DNA of 62,734 nucleotides, filler included, from Asterionella formosa (Eukaryota): the NCBI GenBank assembly GCA_002256025.1. It is 4 parts of 4 records of this genome, joined end to end, with 100 filler letters (N's around TTAATTAATTAA, not from the genome) between each part and the next. Parts side by side here need not be neighbours in the genome. Positions count along the whole stretch, not along the records: positions 1 to 20,423 come from NKIB01003378.1; positions 20,524 to 40,925 come from NKIB01003380.1; 2 more parts are not named here. One strand, 5' to 3'. Positions 10,671-21,921 of this stretch are shown one piece after another (positions within the stretch are counted from its first letter, which is position 1; each line of letters opens with the position of its first letter). A model generated the notes under the pieces. That model ran no database searches. It was not told the origin of the DNA and saw nothing but the letters and a program-made list of their open reading frames with translations. Both the position numbers and the translations under genes were made by a program.

Positions 10671-10792
10671 TCTGGAGAGAAGTGGCAGTTATCCCTCTTG
10701 GAATCGTCGAAACTATCCAAAAAATAGTCCAAAAAGGGGGCCATCAAGCTTCTAAAAAAATCTACGAGGGATAACTGCCAGTTCTCTGCAGA
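10671..10792. repeat. 27-bp inverted repeat pair (probable old MITE core)
   Basis: tctggagagaagtggcagttatccctc (10671-10697) versus gagggataactgccagttctctgcaga (10766-10792), 2 mismatches. Confidence 0.65.
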
Positions 10793-11697
10793 AGGTAAAT
10801 CCTGACGCTATAGAGTACATGGCTATCTATTTCATTCTTCATGAAACCCCGTAGATGTAGAGCAATCCTCCTCCAAAACGTCGACCCAATCGGCTTTTTC
10901 AACAGTCACCAAAATATTGGAATCAGAATTTGTACGTGCAAAAACGTTCTTGTAGACTTAGAGTCTTGCATAGGTATGTTTCGCTGAATAATTCTCAGTC
11001 CAAAAAGACTCCAGGGTAAGTTCCCGCGTCACTACACATATTCTGATTGGTTGAATTGAATATATTCACCTGCTCCAGATTCACTGAAGTATCATCCCGG
11101 TCTTGTAAAATCTCGCCAGCCACACTTGAACCACACGTATTAGATGTACTGAATACTGGTTGGCAAAATCAGTACCGGTACTAACGGTCGAAATACCGTT
11201 ACTCTGGGACTCCGGTACTGATTTACATACCGGTATACACCTTGGTGCGTTGAGTGATATTGAAACTACATACAGAAACGTAGATTCAATATTGACATAT
11301 AAACATGAACCATGAGCATGCATGTTGGCATACTCCTAATTTATATATGTGTTTTAGCGTTGAGCAAAGTTATGTCTACATACAGCAACGTAGAAAAAGT
11401 ATGAACGTTTAAATATCATTTTTGTTTTTTAAACAGAACTCTATCGATCTGGCCCCGATTCCTATTTAAATCAAATATTCAAATGGACACTCGAATAATG
11501 GGAATTCGTAGTAGGAAACTGCTTGTTCCCTACCGTTTTTACAACCCTATTGATGTTTTCTCCGAACTAGGGTTAAGCCGGGGCCGCAGCCTTAATTGCA
11601 TACCGGTACATCTGTCATCTGCATATCGCCAAAGGGCAATTGAGTTGGAGAAAATTGTAGGAATCAAAATCGCCCAGGAGAAATTTTAAAAATCACC

Positions 11698-11842
11698 GCT
11701 TCCCACAAAGTCATTCTAAGACTCTCTTCGAATTTCAACTTAACATTTCCATAGAAATCCTCAATTTTTGATCTTATTAGATAGCTGATTGATGTGGCAA
11801 TGCAATATTCGACTCGTTCGATTACAATCGAGTCCACAATCC
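11698..11842 (-). repeat. Dispersed ~145-bp repeat, inverted copy of 16957-17099
   Basis: The reverse complement matches attgtggactcgattgtaatcgaacgagtcgaatattgcattgccac...gtcttagaa...ggaagc. Confidence 0.85.
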
Positions 11843-12379
11843 TTGTGACTAGAGCGAATATTCTTGAGTACCACAACTGTTTACAAATTTTCTCTCAGTT
11901 GGCATTGTCCAACAGCAGTGTTGTTCCACTCTTCCCCCCGTGAGTAGTCACAGGTGAAATACCAACAACAAGGCAGCCCTCACATTGCTCAAGAGCAACA
12001 TGGACTTTTTCTCTTGTAATTAAAGATAGCAGGAGATCTCGATTTTTCGCTCAACAATCCAATCTTTTCATTATCTTTATTTAAATACTCGACATCTTTG
12101 CATCCTTCCAGCCAACAGCTTGTTGCTCCTCACTTTTTGCAGAATCACCATTTTTCCTTTTGGCATTCTCAAAACTGACGTCATGAGCCATTGTCTACAT
12201 AGAAAATCTAATGAACCAATTTTATTCCTCTAACCTTGGTCCTCCCATACCAAGTTTAAATGACACATACCATATAGGAGTACACAATATGCATACTGGT
12301 ACCAATAATCCAGCAGTACCTTCTACATACATGTAATATATTCCGGTAATAGTCTTACTGGTACGTTCTTAGCTACTTA

Positions 12380-13190
12380 GAGCATCTCTATCACATCGAC
12401 CAAATACCAAGCCAATTGCAGTTGGGAGTCATAACAAGTCATGATGAATTGTGTTGGTCACAAAAGAAAAACAATTTAGCCACCGCATCGACCAAAGACC
12501 AAATATGCTATGGTCTTGTTCGAAATGAACCCCTCATTGACCAAATATAAGGTATTTGGTTGATTAGACTCCGACCGTAGCCAAATAGAAGAAGCATTTC
12601 TTTTGGTATAGATTGTGGCTCACGCCGGCAACCTAACGTTCATGGTTTAATTAGTCCGCACATAGTTGCAATACATTTTCAGTACAATCTTCATGTAGGC
12701 TATTACAACCATCAGTGTCAGTGTTTGGTGTCAACACATAAATACCGGTATACGCATAATTTATTCAACATCGTCAACTTCATCAGTTCGGGTTCAGGTG
12801 TTACGTGGGAGAAGGAAGAGGCAAAGGCGCTCGCTTGGTCCTGGATTGCAGCCAGTGAAGACTCACTGGGACTGGTAAGAAGCAAGGGGTTTTGGGGCTG
12901 GGTGTTTATGATCGACCATGTAGGTATCATCCCGGATGGTAAGGAGTGGACATCAACAGCATGCACGGCTCGATGGGGAACAATAAACCCTCAAGACATC
13001 AAAAAGTTCTGCGGCCTCTTTGCTTGCACAGGTGACAAGTGTTCCAAAATTGGGATGGACAGAGGATGAATACATTGAAGAATCTAGCTTTGGAGATATT
13101 TAAATTGGAAGGAAAAGGAAAAAGCCTAGGCAAAAAAATCGATGGGTTTTGGCGTATTTTAAAGGAAGCCCCGAAATGGAAGGGTGGTTG
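12380..13190 (+). mobile_element. PIF/Harbinger remnant: Tourist-type end plus degenerate Myb/SANT (NAM-associated) ORF
   Basis: TTA|GAGCATCTC terminus. The frameshifted ORF reads WEKEEAKALAWSWIAASED...FW...ARWGTIN..IKKFCG...GWTEDEY...FWRILKEAPKW, the pattern of Harbinger ORF1. Confidence 0.72.
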
Positions 13191-13502
13191 GCTGCGGTTA
13201 GTCTATGTTCAGGACTATTCAGAATTGAAGCTTGATATGTTGAGAATAGATGGTTCGAAGAAAAATGGGTCCTCATGCATCTGCATTTTGCTCGAGATAG
13301 CTAAAAGTGATAATCGAAAAATCCCAAAAAAGTTTTTTTCAAATGTAGTTGCCAATTTTAATCTTTCTACTATGTATAATATACATGATTCTGTAGCTTA
13401 GAACAAGCCGCACAATAGAACAATTGAGCTGGAAAAAATCGTAGGAGTCAAAATGGCCCCGGATAAATTTGAATTATCGATGCAACTGTTACTAGACAGA
13501 GA

Positions 13503-14010
13503 AGGTACCAGTTATAAATGGCTGTGAGCCACGTTATTATATCATCGTTTTCCGATTAATTCTAGCATTATGCTGAAATCGATCCCCTTTATCGCCCTTT
13601 GGCACGATTTTATTTAGTTCATTAGGCTGCATGAGAATTTAATCATTTTTTACTTGATCATATATTAACTGAGATCTATCCATTTTAAAACTGACATACC
13701 GGTCGAATTGGCTCAAAGCCATTGAGGTGACGGTTAGAAAACATCATATTGTTTGCATGTTTTTTTGCAGTTGTTGCATCGTTCTTATACTTGTGGTGCT
13801 CCCATGTTAGCTTGTTATTTCCATCTAAGACTCTTCGCGTTTTTGGCAGTAGTTGTTGCATTGCTTGTTCTTTGATTTTGTCATGCAATTGGAGCGACCA
13901 TAGGGTGATGAAGTGGCGCCATTGCAATTGCAACTGGTACTGCAGTGTCGCCACGCATCATAGCATCATGGTATCTGGTAAGTAGAAGCTGCTATGTTGT
14001 TGGTAATGGA
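13503..14010 (+). repeat. ~500-bp dispersed repeat, homologous to 59472-60017
   Basis: Colinear similarity from ggtaccagtta to ctggtaagtag..gctg...gttgttggtaatg. Confidence 0.8.
13517..13723. mobile_element. ~207-bp TIR element (family C; TIR ~AATGGCTTTGAGCCA) inside a larger dispersed repeat
   Basis: aatggctgtgagcca...tggctcaaagccatt; homologous copy at 59485-59693. Confidence 0.72.
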
Positions 14011-14137
14011 AGATAGCCTGCTTGCTTGTCATAACATGTTGTCATTGTTTTCGTTTGAGCCACTGTCCAGCACTCTGCAGGCTGCTTATTTATAGTTCTG
14101 ATCGCACAAACCTTGTTTGCAATCGCCATGTGTGCTT

Positions 14138-14945
14138 CTATTTCTTTTTTTCTCGCTCACTCTTCATGTCTTCCGCATGCCTCTTCCTTTTCAGCTGGTC
14201 ATTGACCACTTCTGAAACCAACAATTGCCTGCCTGCAGCAACCACATGAAGACCGGCGGTATGTTGTTTATTTCTCGCAATCGCTCTTAGTGCTGTTTCT
14301 TTTCGTTGGTGGGCAAGAAGTTCATCCAGATTTATTGTGTTTCTAGATTCCTCATAATTGCGATACTGTGCGATCTGATTAACAAGGGTTCCAGTGATGC
14401 CTTGGCTCAAGTTTAGTCCGGATGGGGGAATGAAAGAGACTGGTTGATTATTGTTTGCTTCTAATTGCAGATTCGATTTTTGTCAGCTGAATTTCCAGAT
14501 GGAGCTAAAAGTTGTAGTTCAATGGGCGCAACCTTGTTCAGCAACAACAGCTTTTTGGTTGCTTTGTAGCAATATGGGAAAAGGAATCATCCCAAGCTTT
14601 CGACACCAGATCAACAATGCCATCCTTTTCAACAGCAAATGCAGCATGGCGCCTTTCCTTTTGGGTTAGTAAGTCTCCCTTGCATTTCATGAGTTGGATA
14701 TTGAAACTTGAATTTGTTGTCATCAAGGTAGAAATTGATGAGGTATGTCCTGCCAACAACTTTGAATCATTTAGCTAGTTTCATAGTAGCAGGAAATTGT
14801 CCTAGTAGTGAATTCTTTGCCTTTCCCGCCTTATTTAGCTTCTGCAAATGGTACTGGACCATAGTAGGTTTGTAAGCCAAGCCATTAAAAATACCTTCGA
14901 TGCTAGAATATTCGATATTGCACCATATGGTATTTTGCCATTGTT
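14138..14945 (-). mobile_element. Degenerate pogo/DDE_1-like transposase C-terminal remnant
   Basis: Fragments LLTQKERRH..FAVEKDGIVDLVSKAWDDSF, AVAEQG..PLNYN and TAGLHVVAAGR. DNA homology to 42838-43237. Confidence 0.55.
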
Positions 14946-14950
14946 ATATG

Positions 14951-15838
14951 CATCTACAACGCCGATTACTGGTACAGCCGCCACAAAAAAACGTTAGTCA
15001 AGTATGATCACCCAAATTAAATATTTGGGTGGCCCAATATAACGAATTTAGTTACGTACATAATTTATGGGTATGACATCACATAAAAAATATGATGCAT
15101 CATACAACATATATGAACGGAGTGAAACAAAATATTTTCGACAACTTCCATAATTATTTTAGAAACCCACATAATTTTTGGGGCCAACTGTCAATAGTTT
15201 CTGGCCACACGAAGAAAAATTTGTTCAGTAATAATCTCTATAATATGGAACTTTTCTCGACAATTTGCAACATTTCTGTTCACAAATATTCTTCACTCTA
15301 ACTACCATTAATTCTGTTTGTTCGCTCCCATTTTATCTTTACTTTGATCACATTAATACCTCAAGGTTAAACAAAAATATATGCTAGTCAAACAAATAAT
15401 TATGTGTAACCAATTCATTTTTTCAATTTCATTCTAAAATCGCAAAATCAATCAAATTAATCGCTTCGCTATATAGTTTATATTGATATTTTCTATAGAA
15501 CGCAATTCTCAAACCAATACAACAAGCAATGGATGTTCATTCTTGCTGCTGGATGCTGTAACTAATCGCAATATTGCTTGGCTACTCATAGTACTTGCAG
15601 GCATCCCTGTTGCTACTACCGGTAGATCAATTCATAGCAAATGAGCAGGCTGCTCATTCTCATTGCTCAGATTGATTGTCTGTTGTAGAAAGAGAGAAAC
15701 ATTTGCAGAGTGAGTTGATGAGAAAAACAAAAGTTGCGAAGCCATGATTTCTGCTGTGCTCCTTACCATGTTCCCCAATGGCCAACCCAGCCCTCATCAA
15801 ATGATTGTCTGCAATCAGTGAACAACAATCGCAGAGTG
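14951..15838 (+). repeat. ~890-bp dispersed non-coding repeat, direct copy of 26826-27668
   Basis: Colinear high similarity from catctacaacgccgattactggtacagccgcc to gcaatcagtgaa...gcagagtg. Confidence 0.9.
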
Positions 15839-16049
15839 GTGCCAACCCTGACATCTGCATGAGTATTCAACTATATACCAAAGAAATCTTGGATATCCTT
15901 TCCATCAAGTAGCTTTCGAAATATATACATGAAAGGACCCTACCAGCACTTGTCCATTCGAAATTCAATGAACCTGTTTAGGGGTACAAGCAGGAGGAGC
16001 AGAGTGTTAGCTATTGTCGCCCTTTCTTGGACTCTGAGGAGTACAAGTC

Positions 16050-16688
16050 AAAATTGAAACAAATTCAAACCACACATGGATCAAAGGGTAAGAAGCAAGC
16101 AATACAATTAAAGGCACGAGAACGGAACTTACCAATCGAAGAGAATAAAGCAAATGTGTATTGAATGCAAGCAAAGAAGGGTCGGTTGCAGGTACTTTGG
16201 GAGCAGAATGGATTTATTGACGAATTGAGATTGGAGAGCTACGCATTGAATGGAAAGTAGGATGCCTTTGGATTTGTCCAGAATCGCTTAAGGAAAACAG
16301 TCTTGATTTCGAAGGAGAGGACTTGCTCCAAGAATTTTTATCGTTGGTTTTCTCTGAAGGGGAAAAGGGGAAAGAGAACTTCAGGTCTGTGGTGCGAGAG
16401 AGCATGTCGACAGACAAAGTGTTAACAACAAAAAGGATTAGACATTTCTCAAGGCAAGCAAGACAATATATATGTGCATACTTCAAGGTTTGGAAAGATC
16501 TTGATATATATGTGCATACTTCCAAGGTTTGGAAAGATCTTGACAAACAGCAAGATAACAGGATGGACGCCAAAGTTGTCACAACAACATATGAAGCCGA
16601 CCCCATCAGCATTGAGAAGCTTGTAAAGCAATTCAAAACACACCGCTGTGCCCTTAATTTCGACACAACTTTCTGCAAGGCAACCTAA
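16050..16688 (+). mobile_element. Degenerate DNA-transposase C-terminal remnant (IS630/Tc1-related, family uncertain)
   Basis: KKGRLQVLWEQ..FID and KENFRSVVRE...RIRHFSRQARQYICAY...IEKLVKQFKTHRCALNFD. Frameshifts and an internal ~38-bp duplication at 16467-16543. Confidence 0.5.
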
Positions 16689-16956
16689 ATCTACAATCCA
16701 ACATAGCGATCAATCCCCACCCTAGCTATCCTCTTGCTTTTCGATGAGAACTGTGGTTGTCTAAGTAAATGTTGGTATCCTTAAGTAATTTTTTTATTTA
16801 GGGGCAATATGGGGCACAGTGGATTTTTCGGCAGTCAATTTTAAGTTTGAGCAGCAGGGACCATAGCACAACTTCAGGAGTAGAATTTTAATGGGAAAAA
16901 GTTCGGACACATCAAAAATGTGGACCACCAAATATGTCAAGAATATTAGCCCGAGT

Positions 16957-17099
16957 ATTGTGGACTCGATTGTAATCGAACGAGTCGAATATTGCATTGC
17001 CACGTCAATCAGCTGTCTAACGAGATCAAAGATTGAAGATTTCTATGGAAATGTTAAGTGGAAACTCGAAGATAGTCTTAGAACAACTTTGCAGGAAGC
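16957..17099 (+). repeat. Dispersed ~145-bp repeat, interrupted by the copia insertion
   Basis: Inverted homolog of 11698-11842; similarity stops where the putative LTR begins. Confidence 0.8.
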
Positions 17100-17104
17100 A
17101 AAGA

Positions 17105-20063
17105 TGTATGGAAAGGAAACATTTAGTTTAGCTTATAATTTAATTTGAGTTTTAGATTATCAACCGAGGAAACAGCGTTTTAATTGACAGGAAGGTCAAT
17201 TAGTCTATCTAGCAGGAAGGCTAGAAGCAGAGACAAGAGAGAAAGTAAGTGGTACTAGGTAGTACCACGATCACGTAAGAGTCTACGTGAAGAGAGACCC
17301 AGCCTGTGGGAAGGAGGAGTACGGACCATTTCAACACGCTTTAAAGCGGATAGGTTTGAAAGGGTACTCAAGATGGGAATTGACGACGAATCGTCAGGAG
17401 TGCGGTTGCCAACATTTGATGGTACCGATGCCAAGTGGCACGTTTGGAAAGCGAAGTTTGTGGCCTATGCCTGCTACATAGGTTTTGAAGGAATCCTAAA
17501 TGGAGATGAAGTATCACCAGGTGGCTGAGAGAGATTCAGCTGGAGTGAAGATTGTTCCGAGCGACAACGATGAGAAGCGTGCGAAACGAAATAATACGAT
17601 TGCCTATACAAGTTTGGTTATGGCATGTCAGAGTGGACTATTTGGATACGTAAATGGTGCCAGAAGTGAAGAGTTCCCCAATGGAAATGCGAAGGAAGCG
17701 TGGGACAAGTTAGTGTCTACATACGAGTCAAGTAATATGGCAAATGTGATTGCCTTGTCAGGTCAGTGGACAAAATGCACGATTAACGAGAATGAGAACC
17801 CCGACATTTGGTTTGTGGAGTTGGATAGAATTCGAGAACGATTGAGCCATACGAGCTCCGCAATTTTGGATGGTGCCTATGTGGCCCAAATTATCAACAA
17901 CCTACCGGAAGTCTACAAGAGTTTGGTGGTTGGAAAATTTGGTCTCACGAGCTCCGAGCTCACGATCCAAGAGGTCAAGAAGAATGTACGCGACTGTTAC
18001 GATTTGTATGTGAGTGACGAAACCAAGACGAGTAAGAATGGCGAGCAGGCCTTCTTTTCAAAAAGCAAGTTCAAGGGAGACTGCAGGAATTGTGGCAAGT
18101 ATGGCCACATGGCAGTTGATTGCCAAAGCAAGGGCAATATTACAGAAAAGAGAGAATTAACTCCCGAGCAATGAAATAAGAGAAAGAATGTGAAGTGTTA
18201 TAATTGCCAGAAGATGGGGCACTATGCCAGTGAGTGCAACAATCAACAAAATGCACCAATCAAACAGAAGGGAGACGACGCCAACGTGTATTGAAGCAAG
18301 GTACAACGAAGAGGTAAATCATACGTGCGTGCATAAGGACCATTGGCTACTAGATAGTGGTGCTACGGTACATACTATATGCAATGATGATCACATCATG
18401 GAGGACAAGCGCGCAGTGCGTGAAACTGTTCTTGTGGGAAACGGCGCAGCAATTGTTGCGACTGTATCAGGCACGGTGACCCTTACAACGACAGACAAAG
18501 GAAAAGTGTTGAAACTCACCAATGTGCTCTATGCACCGGAGTTCAAGCAGAACATCATCAGCATTTCGAGAATTATTGACAAGGGAAATAAAGTTATGTT
18601 TGACGATGATAAGATGACGATCAGAAACAACAACGGATCTTTGATCTGCAAACGTGACGAAACAAGGACAATTGGTGCAATGTACCATGTGCAAGGAACG
18701 CCTATTCTAAAGGAAACGGTGTTGGATGTTGAACAAGAAAACGAGAAGCCAACACAACAATCTATCGACTATGATAAAGAAGACGAGAATGAATGATGAC
18801 ACAAGAGAAGGCTACGACACCAGGAGAAAGACTGTTAATTGATATTAGCGGACCCTACGCAAAATCCGCTGTGGGAAATCAGTATTGGTGGGTGATGGCT
18901 GTGGACGATTATACAAGGAAACACTGGAGATATTTTATCAAGAAGAAAAGTGACATCGGAACTGTCATTGGAGCGTTACTCACAAAACTTGCAGGTGCAG
19001 GACATAAGATTAAATTTTTCCGATGTGATGATGCAGGTGAGAACTCCAAGCAACTAAAGAAAGTATGTGAAAACCAAGGTGTCAAGATGGAATTTACGGC
19101 ACCTCATACTCCGCAGCACAATGGTGTTGTGGAACGTGGTTTTGTTACAGTGCGTCAGAGAGCACTCGCTATGATGCTAAGTGCGAAGTTTACAGATGAA
19201 TATCAGGGGCTATTGTGGGCAGAAACTGTACATACTGCGACAAGATTGACGAACAGTACAGTGAATTCAGTGACTAAGAAGAAGAGTACTGATGATGTGT
19301 TTTATGGAAAAACGAATACAAGGAGGCCCTACAAGCTCTACAGGAAATTTGGACGTGTTGGTTGGGTTACTATAAGAGAAGATGTCAAGAAATTAGATGC
19401 ATGTTCCATCAAGTGTGTCTTTTTGGGATACTCAGATGACCACTCTCAAGATACGTATCGCATGTATAATCACGAGACAAATACTGTGGTCAATACACGT
19501 GACGTAAAGTGGAGTGAGTGGCATGGAACAAACATACCAACGGATGGACTAGAGAAAATGTTCAAACCAGTCACCAACCAACAGGATACGGAGATATCAG
19601 TACGAGAAGTTAATGAAGAATTGCATGACGATTTTTATGACGAGTTCAAACAACCTCAAGAAGTGTCCGATAATGAAGATGAAGATGATGACAAACAAGA
19701 ATTGGGAGGAAAACTGAACAATCAACTAAGATAGATGGTACTACGAAATACGAAGATACAGGTACCAATACCCCAATTGTGAAGGCTAAACGTGCGGAAA
19801 GTGCTCAGTCTAAGCAAGCGAAGTTGGCACGTGAAATGCGAAGATTGGACTCATTGTTCAATCCTACGAGTACAAAAATTGTGAAATTTTCAGGAGATAC
19901 TGAGATGCCTGGTGTTATCGAGGAGGATGACATGAAGGAAGTTACGAAGAATACACAGGTGAATTTTGTGTACAACGCAAGTCTGGCTTCTGATCCAGGA
20001 TTACCAACAAGCTACGATGAAGCAATGGCAAGACCAGACAAGAAAGAGTGGATCAACATCTAA
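17105..20063 (+). mobile_element. Ty1/copia (CoDi-like) LTR retrotransposon, degenerate and 3'-truncated
   Basis: Putative 5' LTR ~17105-17336 (TG...TTCAACA). gag from ATG 17373 (LPTFDG..W..WK.KF). Two CCHC knuckles, CRNCGKYGHMAVDC and CYNCQKMGHYASEC. Protease WLLDSGAT. Integrase IDISGP / RCDDAGE / PQHNGVVER. Ends at PTSYDEAM..PDKKEW, just before RT. Stop at 18172 and several frameshifts. Confidence 0.93.
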
Positions 20064-20252
20064 GCCGCGTATTACGTGAAGTGACCATCACATAAATAAG
20101 CCTAGTTGATTTTGAATGCATCACATGAATTAGTTGAATACATCAAAATACGTAGTTGAATATATCTATATATTATCTGAATACATCACGTTAAATATTT
20201 GATCAAAGTATCATGCATGCATTCCTGATCATCACTATATTATGTGATCACG

Positions 20253-20423
20253 TTCACATAATTATTTGAAATACTTCACATAATTATTTGAAATACTTCA
20301 CATAATTATTTGAAATACTTCACATAATTATTTGAAATACTTCACATAATTATTTGAAAATACTTCACATAATTATTTGAAATACTTCACGTAATTCTGT
20401 AATTTCGTTCACATAATTCTAGA
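20253..20423. repeat. 22-bp AT-rich minisatellite (TTCACATAATTATTTGAAATAC), ~6 near-perfect + 2 degenerate units
   Basis: Directly visible tandem units running up to the gap. Confidence 0.92.
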
Positions 20424-20523
20424 NNNNNNNNNNNNNNNNNNNNNNNNNNNNNNNNNNNNNNNNNNNNTTAATTAATTAANNNNNNNNNNNNNNNNNNNNN
20501 NNNNNNNNNNNNNNNNNNNNNNN
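20424..20523. other. Scaffold gap with artificial TTAATTAATTAA linker
   Basis: N-run, linker, N-run; identical at three places in the window. Confidence 0.95.
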
Positions 20524-20796
20524 AAAGTTCTGTGGTAATGATAAGTATATGAAGAGCCATGAAGATAGAGACTCTCAAGGGGAGGGTGTTGGAGGTTATA
20601 AAGACTCCGGGTGACGTTGAGAGTCTGATGAGTCAAGTCGTGAAATGTTTCATGGGACTGACAGTGGGATCAAAATTAGTTGGAGTAGAAGTCTTGAATT
20701 GTATTTGGCAAGATTGATAGTTTAGATATAATTACAATTAGTTCACAATCTGAGAAACCTTGACTTGAGTAAGGTAGTCTTTGGAGCCCTTCAACA
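20524..20796 (+). mobile_element. 3' end of an LTR retrotransposon: PPT + 210-bp LTR (20587-20796)
   Basis: Polypurine tract aaggggaggg directly before TGTTGGAG; ends CTTCAACA (inverted termini). Confidence 0.8.
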
Positions 20797-21184
20797 CATT
20801 ATCCATTGCTCTTTGTGGCAACCAAATGGAGAAGTCGAGTTGGGTGAAGCGTTGTTCGTAATGCAAGCAGCAGTATACCTGCGATTGTATCCAGCATGTA
20901 TGCAAGCAGAGGGCAGCAGCAGTTTAGATCCTGTTATCTAGTAATGGAATATGCATATGATGATACTTCACTCCTATAACCTCCCTCTGTATTCTGGTTG
21001 AAAATACCTGGTACGGAGTACTGTGCCTCGTACAACCATCATTAGTCGTTGCTTTATAAATCCCACCGCGGTCAAAAATATTATAAAACCCGATCGATAT
21101 ATTTTTAGTTAGTGTATCGTTTAGGTGCACCCATTGATCAGTTCCCTCCATGCTGTATTGAGCCCTCACTTTCTCCCAGCAGCC

Positions 21185-21847
21185 ATGATGAAAGCTTCAT
21201 ATTATGGCTACAAGACAGCAAAAACTCATGATATTGACATTTGGGGTGACGAAGACGTCAAAGAAAATGAATCCGCTCCTCGTGATCCTCTCTACAAAAC
21301 GATAGTTCTCTGTATCGTGTCCGTGGTTCACTTTTATCGACCCTCGCACAATGATTTCATATTGGGCGGATCGGAGATCCACACAATTCTATACCAATTA
21401 CGTGTCATTGCGACAGTAACCGCTACACTGTCATTGTTCTTTTGGATTTGGGCCATTCATAATACATGGCACATGAAGAAGGGTGTCGACTTGGGAATTT
21501 ACTCATTCCCAACAACCCTTGTAAGTAGCCATTGGCTATTGTGGAAAACGCGGCATGAATCCAATATTTTTCTTGCCACGATAACCCTTCGGGTTCTGGT
21601 TACTGCCTCTCATGGTTTTGTCACTTGCAACTACTTGCTGGGACTCTTGTATTCATTGACTGTAGGAAGCAATATCTATTATGGATTTGGGCTGTATTGT
21701 CTAATCTTCGCCATGTTGTGGGGAGGATGTACGCTGGCTGGGTGGTGGTTATTGCTTCAGTTGCACACCATGGAGGAGGGAGGACTTTCGAGAGGAGGCC
21801 CATGCGACGAGGATGACCCGTTAGGGCTTGGAGACAACTATTACTAA
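21185..21847 (+). CDS. Multipass membrane protein of unknown function
   Basis: Open frame with 4-5 hydrophobic segments and an acidic tail; start and any introns uncertain. Confidence 0.65.
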   Translation: MMKASYYGYKTAKTHDIDIWGDEDVKENESAPRDPLYKTIVLCIVSVVHFYRPSHNDFILGGSEIHTILYQLRVIATVTATLSLFFWIWAIHNTWHMKKGVDLGIYSFPTTLVSSHWLLWKTRHESNIFLATITLRVLVTASHGFVTCNYLLGLLYSLTVGSNIYYGFGLYCLIFAMLWGGCTLAGWWLLLQLHTMEEGGLSRGGPCDEDDPLGLGDNYY

Positions 21848-21921
21848 GTAAAATTCATGACGTATGAAGTGTTGAGAAAACAATGCCATGCAGATAGCTT
21901 TTAAGCAGTAGAGTCAATGAC

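Noticed and set aside
20253..20423. 22-bp repeats as a CRISPR array
   Set aside because: Head-to-tail units without spacers, no cas genes, eukaryotic context.
20424..20523. TTAATTAATTAA palindrome between N-runs (also at 40926-41025 and 61380-61479)
   Set aside because: It is identical in all three gaps and is a six-frame-stop scaffolding linker, not biology. Adjacency across the gaps is unproven.
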